Shown: piece after piece, positions 11,070 to 19,585 of the stretch
Numbering within the stretch: the first letter of the stretch is position 1
Layout: each line of letters opens with the position of its first letter
Origin: Deltaproteobacteria bacterium
GTDB lineage: Bacteria; Myxococcota; Kuafuiibacteriia; Kuafuiibacteriales; Kuafuiibacteriaceae
Assembly: GCA_040218735.1 (NCBI GenBank)
Contig: JAVJQW010000011.1
Coordinates: 256,001 to 320,000, forward strand
Direction of reading: 5' to 3'
Length of the DNA: 64,000 bases
Notes under the pieces: generated by a model
Databases searched by the model: none
Told to the model about the DNA's origin: nothing
What the model saw: the letters and a program-made list of their open reading frames with translations, nothing else
Made by a program: the position numbers and the translations under genes

Positions 11070-11873
11070 ATGATCAACGCCATCACCGCGGGGAGCGCCA
11101 TCGCGTTCGAAGACAACCTCTACGAAGCGCCCGCCGCGCAGCCCGAACCCGTCGCCGTCGACACCTTCCAGATGAACGCACCCGTCGCGGCCCCCGCGAC
11201 GCTGCAGCCCGACCCGCAGGACGAGATCGACGGCCTCATCTCGGCGATCGAGACCGAGTTCCCCAACGTGGAGGTCGACCCCGGCGGGAGCTGGCGAACC
11301 AACGGCCCCGACGAGTGGACCGCGGACGAGCTCCGCGCCCTGCAGACCGCGCTCCACTACGTGCGCGACGCCGTGGGTGACCAGGACACGTTCGAAGCGA
11401 TGTTCCCCACGCTCGAGTTCGAGCGCCACGACGAGGGCCCGCACGCGACCGGCGCCGGCGTCGTCAACCCGTGGCAGAGCGGCGTCGTCCACCTCAGCGA
11501 GATGAGCGAGAGCGGCGACGCGGCCGGGTTCGTCTCCACGATCATCCACGAGATGGGGCACGTCCTGCACTTCGAGAACACCGGGCTCGGCGACTTCCTG
11601 AGCGAGACCGGGAGCACGTGCGGCGTCGAGGTGCTCGGCGGCGTCCTCCCGACGTTCCTCATCGGCGGCGGCTGCGCGGGCGACTACTTCGCGGGCGGCA
11701 CCACGACCTCCTACGGCGAGACCGCGCCCGCCGAGGACTTCGCGGACTCGTTCAACTACTGGGTCTACACGACGGTCGGCCAGCCCGCCGACTACAACTA
11801 CCGAAAGACCCCGGTCGACCAGACGCGCCTCGACTACATGGCGGACGTGGTCGACGACCACGACGGCGACTGA
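11070..11873 (+). CDS. Acidic zincin-like metallopeptidase-domain protein
   Basis: STIIHEMGHVLHF (HExxH), then downstream SYGETAPAEDFADSF (Y...EDFAE-type third-ligand motif). No signal peptide. Confidence 0.75.
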   Translation: MINAITAGSAIAFEDNLYEAPAAQPEPVAVDTFQMNAPVAAPATLQPDPQDEIDGLISAIETEFPNVEVDPGGSWRTNGPDEWTADELRALQTALHYVRDAVGDQDTFEAMFPTLEFERHDEGPHATGAGVVNPWQSGVVHLSEMSESGDAAGFVSTIIHEMGHVLHFENTGLGDFLSETGSTCGVEVLGGVLPTFLIGGGCAGDYFAGGTTTSYGETAPAEDFADSFNYWVYTTVGQPADYNYRKTPVDQTRLDYMADVVDDHDGD

Positions 11874-11874
11874 A

Positions 11875-12294
11875 TCACTCCGCGGGGGCGGCGCGCAGCT
11901 CGCGGGCGCGCGGGCTGAGCATCGACTCCGGGACGGCCCACGCTTCGATCTGCTCCAAGCCGTCGTACCCCTGCGCGATCGCCTCGAGCATCAGCTCCGT
12001 CGCCTTGGCCTTCTTCAGCATGGACTCGACCGGGTCGTCGGCCTTCAGCTCCGCCTCCGCGGCGAGGAGGCTCGCGACCGCCGCGACCCGCTCCTTGCTC
12101 GCGAGGATCGAGGCCATGGTGCGCGCGTCGGTGTGGTCGAGGAGCGCGCGGTGCTCGGCGAGGACGTCGTCGTAGAGCCCGCCGAGCGCCTGCAGCGCCA
12201 TCGTCGTGTCGCCCTCGCGATGTTTGCGGAGGACGGCGGCGATGCCGTCGAGCATCCGCTTCAGCTCCCGCATCAGGAAGTCACGCTGGAACAC
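11875..12294 (-). CDS. Helical hypothetical protein (DUF6483-like)
   Basis: N-terminus MFQRDFLMRELKRMLDGIAAVL resembles the 'QRDYIMRMIE' family; codon usage is plausible. Confidence 0.65.
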   Translation of the reverse strand: MFQRDFLMRELKRMLDGIAAVLRKHREGDTTMALQALGGLYDDVLAEHRALLDHTDARTMASILASKERVAAVASLLAAEAELKADDPVESMLKKAKATELMLEAIAQGYDGLEQIEAWAVPESMLSPRARELRAAPAE

Positions 12295-12343
12295 GGCGGC
12301 CCTCCGAGATTTTGGCTTGGACTTCGTCGGCCGCTCTGGCTGT

Positions 12344-13663
12344 ATGGCCGGCGCGTTGAGCTACTACGTGCACACCTTCGGCTGCCGGGTGAACCAGGCC
12401 GACTCCGCGGGCATCGCGGCCGAGCTCGAGAAGAAGGACCTCGAGCGGACGTCCTCGCACACCGACGCGAAGATCGTCGTCCTCAACACCTGCACGGTCA
12501 CACATCGCTCGGATGCTGACGTACGCAAGGCGGTCCGCCGGGTCAAACGCGAGAACCCGGGCGCGAAGGTCATCGTCACGGGGTGTTACGCGCAGCGCGA
12601 GCCGGAGGCGTTGGTTCAACTCGGCGGCGTGAGCGCCGTCGTGGGCAACGCTCACAAACACGACCTCCCCGGCGTGGTCGACCGCGTCCTCGCCGAAGAC
12701 GACGCGACGCTCGTCGTGCACTCCCCGATCGACGGCGTGGACCCGGCCGAGCTTCCGCCGGTCGACACCGTGACGACGGTGCTCGATCGCACGCGCCCGT
12801 TCGTGAAGATCCAGGACGGCTGCGACGCCGCCTGCACCTACTGCATCATCCCCGCCGTCCGCGGCCGCGCGCGCAGCGCCCCACCGGAGCAGATCGTCGA
12901 CGCCGTGAAGAAGCTCGTCGACGACGGCTACGTGGAGGTCGTCCTCGCCGGCGTGCACCTCGGCACCTACGGCGCCGCGCTCGAGTCACCCGCCACGCTC
13001 GTGGAGCTCGTGGAGCGCGTGCTGGAGATCGAGGAGCTGCAGCGCCTGCGGATGTCGTGCATCGAGCCGATGGCGTTCCCGGTCGAGCTCGCCGCGATCG
13101 CCGCGCGCGACGCACGCCTCGCGCCGCACTTCCACCTCCCGCTGCAGTCGGGCTCGGACGCGGTGTTGAAGCGGATGGTGCGGCCGTACCGCGCCGTCGA
13201 GTTCCAGGCGATCCTCGACGCCATCCGCGCCGAGGTTCCGCACGCGTGCATCGGCACGGACGTGATCGTCGGCTTCCCCGGCGAGACCGACGCGCAGTTC
13301 GAAGAGACGCTCCGCTTCGTCGAAGCCTCCGGCCTCGACTACGTGCACGTGTTCTCCTACTCGGACCGCAGCGGCACCCCCTCCACCCGCCTCGGCCCGA
13401 AGGTCGATCCGCGCATCATCAAGGCACGCGCCGCCGCGCTCAACGCGCTCGGCTTGGACGCGTGGCGCCGCTTCCTCGACCGTCAGATCGGCGCGACGCT
13501 CAGCGCGGTCACGTTGGAGCGCAACGGCGGCCAGCTCGAGGCGCTCGCGGACAACTACAGCCCGGTGCGCCTCGACGACGACGTCCCGTCGAACCGACTC
13601 GTGAATGTCGAGGTACTCGCGCGCGTCGGCGACAAACTCACGGGGCGGCTCGCGCGCGCCTGA
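12344..13663 (+). CDS. mtaB: tRNA N6-threonylcarbamoyladenosine(37) methylthiotransferase
   Basis: UPF0004 domain HTFGCRVNQADS, NTCTVT, VTGCYAQ; radical SAM motif KIQDGCDAACTYCIIP; HFHLPLQSGSD, DVIVGFPGET, HVFSYSDRSGT. Confidence 0.92.
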   Translation: MAGALSYYVHTFGCRVNQADSAGIAAELEKKDLERTSSHTDAKIVVLNTCTVTHRSDADVRKAVRRVKRENPGAKVIVTGCYAQREPEALVQLGGVSAVVGNAHKHDLPGVVDRVLAEDDATLVVHSPIDGVDPAELPPVDTVTTVLDRTRPFVKIQDGCDAACTYCIIPAVRGRARSAPPEQIVDAVKKLVDDGYVEVVLAGVHLGTYGAALESPATLVELVERVLEIEELQRLRMSCIEPMAFPVELAAIAARDARLAPHFHLPLQSGSDAVLKRMVRPYRAVEFQAILDAIRAEVPHACIGTDVIVGFPGETDAQFEETLRFVEASGLDYVHVFSYSDRSGTPSTRLGPKVDPRIIKARAAALNALGLDAWRRFLDRQIGATLSAVTLERNGGQLEALADNYSPVRLDDDVPSNRLVNVEVLARVGDKLTGRLARA

Positions 13664-14995
13664 TCAAGGGAAGTCGGGCGCGGGCACGGTGATCTCGATG
13701 ATCGCCGGATCCGCGTCGCCGTCCGAGCTCGCGACCGTCCAGGCGATGCGTCCGCTGGGCGCGGCGCTCACGGAGCGGAAGGCGCCGACGGCGCGATCCA
13801 GGATCGACAGGTCACACCACTGCGTGCCGGTCCACGCGGCGATCGCTCCGCCCTTACCCACCGCGACGAAGCGGCCGTCGCCGAGGCCCGTCACCGCCTT
13901 GAAGTCGGCGCCCACGTCGAAGGGGATCGGGAGGTCGCGCCACGCGCGCGTGATCGGGTCGCGCACGTACACCTGCTCGCGGTTGCCGACGGCCCCGATC
14001 GTGTCCTCGTCAGCGAACACGGCGTTGAGGGATTCGAAGAGCGCGGCGTCGAGCTCGGGGGTCCACATGCGGCCGTCGTAGAAGACCGCGCTGTCGCCGA
14101 TGAGCGCGATGGTGCGGTCCGCGCGCGCGATCGACATTCCCAGGACGCCCTGCGGGACGTCGGTGCGCTCGACGAAGATCTGTCCTCGGCTGAGGAGCTC
14201 CGTCACGCGCATGTCGTCGAAGGCGAGCACCGTGCCGTCCGGCCCCGCGGCGACGCCGATGATCGTCCGCGACTCGGGGAGCGCGACCGGATCGCCGTCG
14301 ATGTCGAACGCCACGAGCAGGTCCTCGCCGTTGCGCGCGTAGAAGATGTCGCCGTCCCAGGCCAGCGCCTGCACGAAGTCGAGCCGCTCGGGGTGCGGGT
14401 CGAGGACACGCACCGTGCCGCTCTCGATCTTCGCGAGCATCATCTCGCGCCCCGGCCCGGGGTGGATGTCGCCGCCGACCATCGCGAGCGCATCACTCAC
14501 CGCGGCGACCTGGTACGGCCGCAACCCCGCCGGCACCTCGAGCTCTCGCGCGGCGAAACCTCCGCAGCCCCGCTCCTTGGGGAGGCATCCGCCGTACCGA
14601 AGGTCGAGCTCGACGAGCTCCCCCGTCACGCGCTCCAACCCCGGCACCGGCGTCCCCGGCTCGACCGGCGCGGTGCGCCAGGCGGTGAGCGGCGCAGGGA
14701 CGAGCGGACCGTCGCCGCCGAGCACCACGGGGCAGTCGCCGATCGGCATCCCGTTCGGGGCGCGCTCCGTCATCGCGTACGTGCGGACGAAGATCCGGTA
14801 CGGACCGTCGGCTTCGAAGTCGAAGTCGATCGCCTGGCCGAGCGACGACATCACCGGCGCCGTGAGCGGCGTGCCGGACGCGTCCGTCACGACCGCGATC
14901 GCGACGTGGTCCGCGGGCCACTCCGCCGGCACGAAGACGTCGCCCGAAGCGCATCCCAGGAGCGTGCCGAGGAGGCATGGAACGGCGCGGCGCAA
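13664..14995 (-). CDS. Lipoprotein with C-terminal beta-propeller-like repeats
   Basis: LLGTLLGC lipobox; repeats such as AVGNREQVY, FYDGRMW, AVGKGGAIAAWTGTQW; TAGAAT 8 nt upstream of the TTG start. Confidence 0.7.
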   Translation of the reverse strand: MRRAVPCLLGTLLGCASGDVFVPAEWPADHVAIAVVTDASGTPLTAPVMSSLGQAIDFDFEADGPYRIFVRTYAMTERAPNGMPIGDCPVVLGGDGPLVPAPLTAWRTAPVEPGTPVPGLERVTGELVELDLRYGGCLPKERGCGGFAARELEVPAGLRPYQVAAVSDALAMVGGDIHPGPGREMMLAKIESGTVRVLDPHPERLDFVQALAWDGDIFYARNGEDLLVAFDIDGDPVALPESRTIIGVAAGPDGTVLAFDDMRVTELLSRGQIFVERTDVPQGVLGMSIARADRTIALIGDSAVFYDGRMWTPELDAALFESLNAVFADEDTIGAVGNREQVYVRDPITRAWRDLPIPFDVGADFKAVTGLGDGRFVAVGKGGAIAAWTGTQWCDLSILDRAVGAFRSVSAAPSGRIAWTVASSDGDADPAIIEITVPAPDFP

Positions 14996-15009
14996 CGCCT
15001 AGGATTCTA

Positions 15010-16812
15010 TCACGTGATCTCGAACGACGCGGTGCGCCGCGCGGCTTCGACCGCCTCCGTGTAGGCGTCGGAACCAAAATGTTTCACGAGGCGGTCCGCG
15101 ACCGGGAGCACGTGGTCCGACGGCGCCCAGGCGTAGGGCGCACCGGACTCCAGGATCTTCCCCTCGTCGACGAGCTGGGTCGCCGTGGCGAGCGGGAGGT
15201 CGTCGAGGGCGTCGACCAACGCGAGGAAGCGGCCCTGCTCCACCGGGTCCACGAAGAAGTAACCGGACCGCGCGACGTAGGCGTTGTGATAGTGCGCGGG
15301 CCGATCGAGCAGCCCCGCCAAGCCGAGGCGCTCGGCGGAGAGGATCAGGAGCGCGCGCATCTGGCGCGCGATGCCGAGCCCGGGGTGCTCCTGCCCGGGG
15401 AGCGGCGGTCGCTCCAGCGAGAACGACGCGGTCGGGTCCTGCAGCAGGAGCCAGAGGATCTCGAGCATCCAGATCTGATCCCCCTGCACGTCCGGCGCGG
15501 GCCAGGAGCGACGCCGCACGACGAGCTCCACGAGCAGGTGCCGGTCACCGTGGTGTTTGCGTCCGTGCACGCGTACCACTTGGCGCGAGGGATCTTCGAC
15601 CTCCATCTCCAGGTCGAAGTCGACGAAGCCGCGGCGCCGAACGGCTTCGTACAGACCATAGCGTTCGAGGACGAGCGCGACCCCGTGGCGCGAGTAGTAG
15701 TCGAGCAGCCGCGACGCGCGCGGGCGACCAACCAGCTCGCCGAAGAGGTCGGCCTCCGACAGCTCGGTGTCGAGGTCCTGCGAACGGGTCAGGTCCATCG
15801 GGTCGATCGTCTTCGCGATCGCCGTGAAGCGCGCCTCGAGGTTCGGCGGGTCGGGCCGCCACACCCGCGGGCGCCCGGAGATCGCGTAGCGCGCGAGGTT
15901 GTAGAACGCGACCCACGCCTCCTTCGAGTAACCGCCCGCCATCGTCACTACGGTCGGCACTTTGCGGACGTGTTCGAGCACGAAGCGGTCCCGCGCGAAG
16001 ACGCCGTCGAGCGTGAGCTCGAAGGTGCCGAGGCGGTCGACGCGGAGGACGTCCATGCCCGCGATGTAGAACACCAGCTCCGGGTCGAAGCGTTCCAGCG
16101 CCGGCGGGAGATAGTAGCGGAGGCTCGCGAGATAGCGCAGGTCGTCGACGTGCCCGTCGAGGTGAATCTCGTGCGCCGGGTGATCCGTGTGGCGCCAGAC
16201 GGAGCCGTGGATCGAGAACACGAGGACGTCGTCGTCGTCTTCGAACGCCGCGCTGTTGCCGTTCCCCTGGTGGAAGTCGAGGTCGATGATCGCGACGCGC
16301 CCGCTCCACCCTTCGTCGCGCAGGAGGCGAATCGCGACGCCGACGTCGTTGTAGATACAGAACCCCGCGCCGCGATCCGGCTCGGCGTGATGAAAGCCGC
16401 CGCCGAGGTTGAGCGCGAGGCGGCCACCGCGCGTCACTTCACGCGCGGCCGCGACGGTACCGCCGACGGCGCGTTGCGCGCCGTCGAGGAGTGGGTCGAG
16501 ATCGATGTCGCCGGCGCTGAGCCCGAAGATCGCTGCGGCGTTCTCGGCGCGCGCGACGTCCGCGAGGTACTGCGGCGTGTGGAACGTGAGGAGCTGCCGG
16601 TAGGTCGCCTGCGGCGAAGGCCGAACGTCGGACGCGCGGAGCAACTTGTCTTGCACGAGCCGCGTCAGGACGTACTCGCCGCGTTTTGGCTCCAGGTGTT
16701 TGACGCGCGCCGTCTTCGTCAGCTGATGCGGCGCGTACGCCGGGTGGTACCAGACGCTGACGTCCCGGCCGAGGCGCCGCCGCGCCCGGAGGCGTTCGAA
16801 GATGCGACGCAC
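15010..16812 (-). CDS. Histone deacetylase/AcuC-family protein with ~250-aa C-terminal extension
   Basis: GGGFHHA...GFCIYND, IIDLDFHQGNG, SIH, AGMD...DRLG, MAGGYS all intact; extra domain with WLLLQDP...PLPGQEHPGLG...AHYHNA. Confidence 0.92.
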   Translation of the reverse strand: MRRIFERLRARRRLGRDVSVWYHPAYAPHQLTKTARVKHLEPKRGEYVLTRLVQDKLLRASDVRPSPQATYRQLLTFHTPQYLADVARAENAAAIFGLSAGDIDLDPLLDGAQRAVGGTVAAAREVTRGGRLALNLGGGFHHAEPDRGAGFCIYNDVGVAIRLLRDEGWSGRVAIIDLDFHQGNGNSAAFEDDDDVLVFSIHGSVWRHTDHPAHEIHLDGHVDDLRYLASLRYYLPPALERFDPELVFYIAGMDVLRVDRLGTFELTLDGVFARDRFVLEHVRKVPTVVTMAGGYSKEAWVAFYNLARYAISGRPRVWRPDPPNLEARFTAIAKTIDPMDLTRSQDLDTELSEADLFGELVGRPRASRLLDYYSRHGVALVLERYGLYEAVRRRGFVDFDLEMEVEDPSRQVVRVHGRKHHGDRHLLVELVVRRRSWPAPDVQGDQIWMLEILWLLLQDPTASFSLERPPLPGQEHPGLGIARQMRALLILSAERLGLAGLLDRPAHYHNAYVARSGYFFVDPVEQGRFLALVDALDDLPLATATQLVDEGKILESGAPYAWAPSDHVLPVADRLVKHFGSDAYTEAVEAARRTASFEIT

Positions 16813-16903
16813 CGCGTCGCCGATGATGCGAGAAGTCGAGGCGCGAGGGAAGCGCGCCGTCCGTGGTTGCGTGGGACCTCGCCGCGTGCCACCGAACCCG
16901 GCG

Positions 16904-17644
16904 ATGCGATCGACCTTTCGTCGCGCGGCGTCGCTGTCCGAGTCTCAGCTCCGCGCGTTGTGGCGGCTGCGCCGGAGCCTGATCGACATCAAACCGTCCG
17001 TAGACCCGGAGGCGGACTTCGCGGCGTTCGCCGAGGACTTCTCCTGGGGGATCGTGTGGACGCTGTGGGAAGGCGCGGACGTCGTCGGCTTCTTCCTGCA
17101 GCGCGGGCTACCGCTCACGTGGCGCGGCCGCCGCGTATTGTGCCTGACGCCCGAGTACGGGTTCACGGCGCCCCACGTCCGCGGACGCCCCGAGCTCCCC
17201 GCCGCCGTGACGCTGATGACCGTGGCCTGCGTGCTTCGATGCCCGCTTCGCCCGACGTACCTCGCGGGCGCCGCCTATCCGCCGTCGTTCATCTCCCTCG
17301 TCCGCGCCATCCCGCCGGTGTGGACCGTGGGCGATCCGGACGTGCCCGACTGGGAGCGGAGCCTCCTCGATCACCTCGGCGAGCGCATCGCCAAAAGCCA
17401 CTACCGCGCGGCGGACGGAACGGTGTTCATGCGAACGCTCCCCACGTCTCGCGCGACGCCGACCACCCCGGAGGGGCGACGACTGTTCGAGGCCTATGAA
17501 CAGGCCAACCCCGAGTGGCGCGAAGGGCGAGGTCTGTTCCTGCTGTGCCCGGTGACCGTCGGGACGCTCCTGCGGGGGATGCGCACCGCGCTGGCGCGGC
17601 GGTCGCGACGCTCCGGGCCGCGCCGGCCCATCGTCCACCGCTGA
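16904..17644 (+). CDS. Hypothetical protein, possible GNAT-like fold
   Basis: Pattern VVGFF...GFTAPHVRGR resembles GNAT motif A; divergent from the HDAC gene. Start codon uncertain. Confidence 0.55.
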   Translation: MRSTFRRAASLSESQLRALWRLRRSLIDIKPSVDPEADFAAFAEDFSWGIVWTLWEGADVVGFFLQRGLPLTWRGRRVLCLTPEYGFTAPHVRGRPELPAAVTLMTVACVLRCPLRPTYLAGAAYPPSFISLVRAIPPVWTVGDPDVPDWERSLLDHLGERIAKSHYRAADGTVFMRTLPTSRATPTTPEGRRLFEAYEQANPEWREGRGLFLLCPVTVGTLLRGMRTALARRSRRSGPRRPIVHR

Positions 17645-17662
17645 GTCATCGGAGTCGCGCGA

Positions 17663-18541
17663 TCACCCGGAGGCGCGCGCGGCCACCACGGCGGCGACCG
17701 TCTGAACGAGCGGGTCGTCCGCGCGCCGGCTGAGGTAGCCGAACAACACGCGGACCTCCGCGTCGGCCCGGCAGACGAGCTCCAGCTCGCCGTTCGCTTC
17801 GGCGACCTCGGCGATGTCGGCATGCAGCAGGCCCACCCCGACGCCACCGGCGACGAGGGCTCGGGTCGCCGAGACGCGGTCGACGTTCACGATCCGGCGC
17901 GGTCGTATCCCGTGTTCCGCGAAGAGCCGATCCACCGCGCGACCGCAGCACGAATCGGCGTCGGGACGGATCCAGGGGACGTCCTCCAAGGCGCGCCAGT
18001 CCGGCGGCGAGCTCGCCAAGCCGACGGGCGCCGCGAGGTACACGCCGAACCGCGCCACTTCGATCGTCGTGAGCCCAGGCTCGGGGTGCTCGCCGGCGTT
18101 GTAGAATCCGGCGTCGAGTGTCTCGTCCCGGATGCCGGCGACGACCGCGTTGGAGTCGGCGTGCACCAACCCGATCTCGACTTCGGGGTGGCGCTCCGAG
18201 AGCGTGGTGACGAGGCGCCCGACGAGAGCCTCCGTGCTCGAGTTCGCTCCGCCACCAATCCGGAGGCGACCGCGGATGCGCCCTTTGATGCGGGCGGCTT
18301 CGTCGAGGAGCCCGCGGTGGGCTTCCAGCGCGAGCTGTGCCTTGTCGAGGAGTCGCCGCCCGTCATCGGTCAGGCTCATCCCGCGCGACGTCCGTTCGAA
18401 CAACGCGAGCCCGAGCTCCTCCTCGATCGCCTTGACGTGCGCGCTCACCGCGGGCTGCGAGAGGTGCAGCTCCTCCGACGCGCGCGTGATGCTGCCGGCG
18501 CGGGCTACGACGACGAAGGTCTCGATTTGGTGGATCTGCAT
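17663..18541 (-). CDS. LysR-family transcriptional regulator
   Basis: GSITRASEELHLSQPAVSAHVKAIEEELGLALFERTSRGMSLT HTH plus substrate-binding domain. Confidence 0.95.
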   Translation of the reverse strand: MQIHQIETFVVVARAGSITRASEELHLSQPAVSAHVKAIEEELGLALFERTSRGMSLTDDGRRLLDKAQLALEAHRGLLDEAARIKGRIRGRLRIGGGANSSTEALVGRLVTTLSERHPEVEIGLVHADSNAVVAGIRDETLDAGFYNAGEHPEPGLTTIEVARFGVYLAAPVGLASSPPDWRALEDVPWIRPDADSCCGRAVDRLFAEHGIRPRRIVNVDRVSATRALVAGGVGVGLLHADIAEVAEANGELELVCRADAEVRVLFGYLSRRADDPLVQTVAAVVAARASG

Positions 18542-18624
18542 CGGCCCCGCTCCAGGAGACTACGGCGAAGGCCGGATGACCAGCGCCGGCCGATCGACCT
18601 CGTCACGTCGGTACCCGCGAATCC

Positions 18625-19461
18625 TCATCCCGCGGGCCGTTCCGCCGTGACGATGTGGACCCGCGCCTCGAGCGCCACCCCGCCGTCGTGGACGTGCTGG
18701 GCGAACGCCTCCGTGAGCGCGCGGCGCGCTCCCGCGACGACCGCTTCTCCCGCGGCGTTCAGCAGGACGGCGAACGACGAGAAGGCGCCCAGCGCGAACT
18801 CGGCCGCAGTCGCGGGCGTGGCGCCCAGCGGGAGACGCCCACGCCAGGCTTCGGCGTGGACGGACTCGAACCCGGCGCCGTCGAGCAGCGCCGTCAGCGC
18901 CGACACGTCCGCGTACCGGAACGGGCCGGGCGCGTCGGGGAGCGGAGCGGGGAGCTCGACGCGCTCGGCGACGACGTCCCGGACGACGCCGGCCCAGCGG
19001 TTGTCCGCTATCGGCCCCCACACCGCGAACGCGAGGCGCCCGCCGGGTCGCAGCCATCGCGTGAGGTTCGAGAAGGCCTGCGGCGCATCCGCGAAGAACA
19101 TCACGCCGAAGCGAGATACGAGGCGGTCGTACAGCACCGGCGCGTCGCTCGTCGCCACGTCGCGGACGAAGAACTCGACGCTCGGCACCCGCTGCCGCGC
19201 CGCAGCGACGAGGGCTTCGGACACGTCGAACCCGTGAACCGTGCTCCCCGGGCGCGCGGCGGCGATGACCGCGCGGCTCGCACCTCCGCCGCCGCAGCCG
19301 ATGTCCGCGACGGCGTGCGGCGCGTCTAGCCGTAGCGCTTCCACGAGCGGCGCGTTGATCGACGCGAGCAGGGCCTCGAGCCCGTCGACGTGGACACACC
19401 AGCTCTCACCGCGTGCGCCGCGCCAGTCGAGGGATGCGTTGTAGTCTTCGGTCGTCGTCAC
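18625..19461 (-). CDS. Class I SAM-dependent methyltransferase
   Basis: VADIGCGGG, GFDVS, SRFGVMFFADAP, LRPGGRLAFAVW, PGPF. Confidence 0.9.
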   Translation of the reverse strand: MTTTEDYNASLDWRGARGESWCVHVDGLEALLASINAPLVEALRLDAPHAVADIGCGGGGASRAVIAAARPGSTVHGFDVSEALVAAARQRVPSVEFFVRDVATSDAPVLYDRLVSRFGVMFFADAPQAFSNLTRWLRPGGRLAFAVWGPIADNRWAGVVRDVVAERVELPAPLPDAPGPFRYADVSALTALLDGAGFESVHAEAWRGRLPLGATPATAAEFALGAFSSFAVLLNAAGEAVVAGARRALTEAFAQHVHDGGVALEARVHIVTAERPAG

Positions 19462-19497
19462 GCGGCGAGCATGAGCCGGGCGGCGTCGACCTTTCCA

Positions 19498-19537
19498 ATC
19501 GATTGTTCGAAGGTCACACCTCAGCGAACGTGAGGTG
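19498..19537 (-). promoter_or_regulatory. Putative LysR operator pair upstream of the methyltransferase
   Basis: Perfect dyad CACCTCA-GCGAACG-TGAGGTG (19517-19537) containing T-N11-A, plus a second T-N11-A box TCGATTGTTCGAA (19499-19511) closer to the start. The LysR gene lies immediately downstream of the methyltransferase. Confidence 0.5.
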
Positions 19538-19547
19538 AGAGGAAGGG

Positions 19548-19575
19548 GCGCGCCCCCGGGGGGACGGGGGCGCGC
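19548..19575. terminator. GC-rich hairpin just downstream of the cytochrome c gene
   Basis: GCGCGCCCCCG / CGGGGGCGCGC 11-bp inverted repeat 10 nt after the minus-strand stop at 19586; U-tract is weak. Confidence 0.5.
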
Positions 19576-19585
19576 GAAGCCTCGA

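Noticed and set aside
14977-17499. 840-aa plus-strand ORF
   Set aside because: It is antisense to the HDAC gene and has no recognisable motifs.
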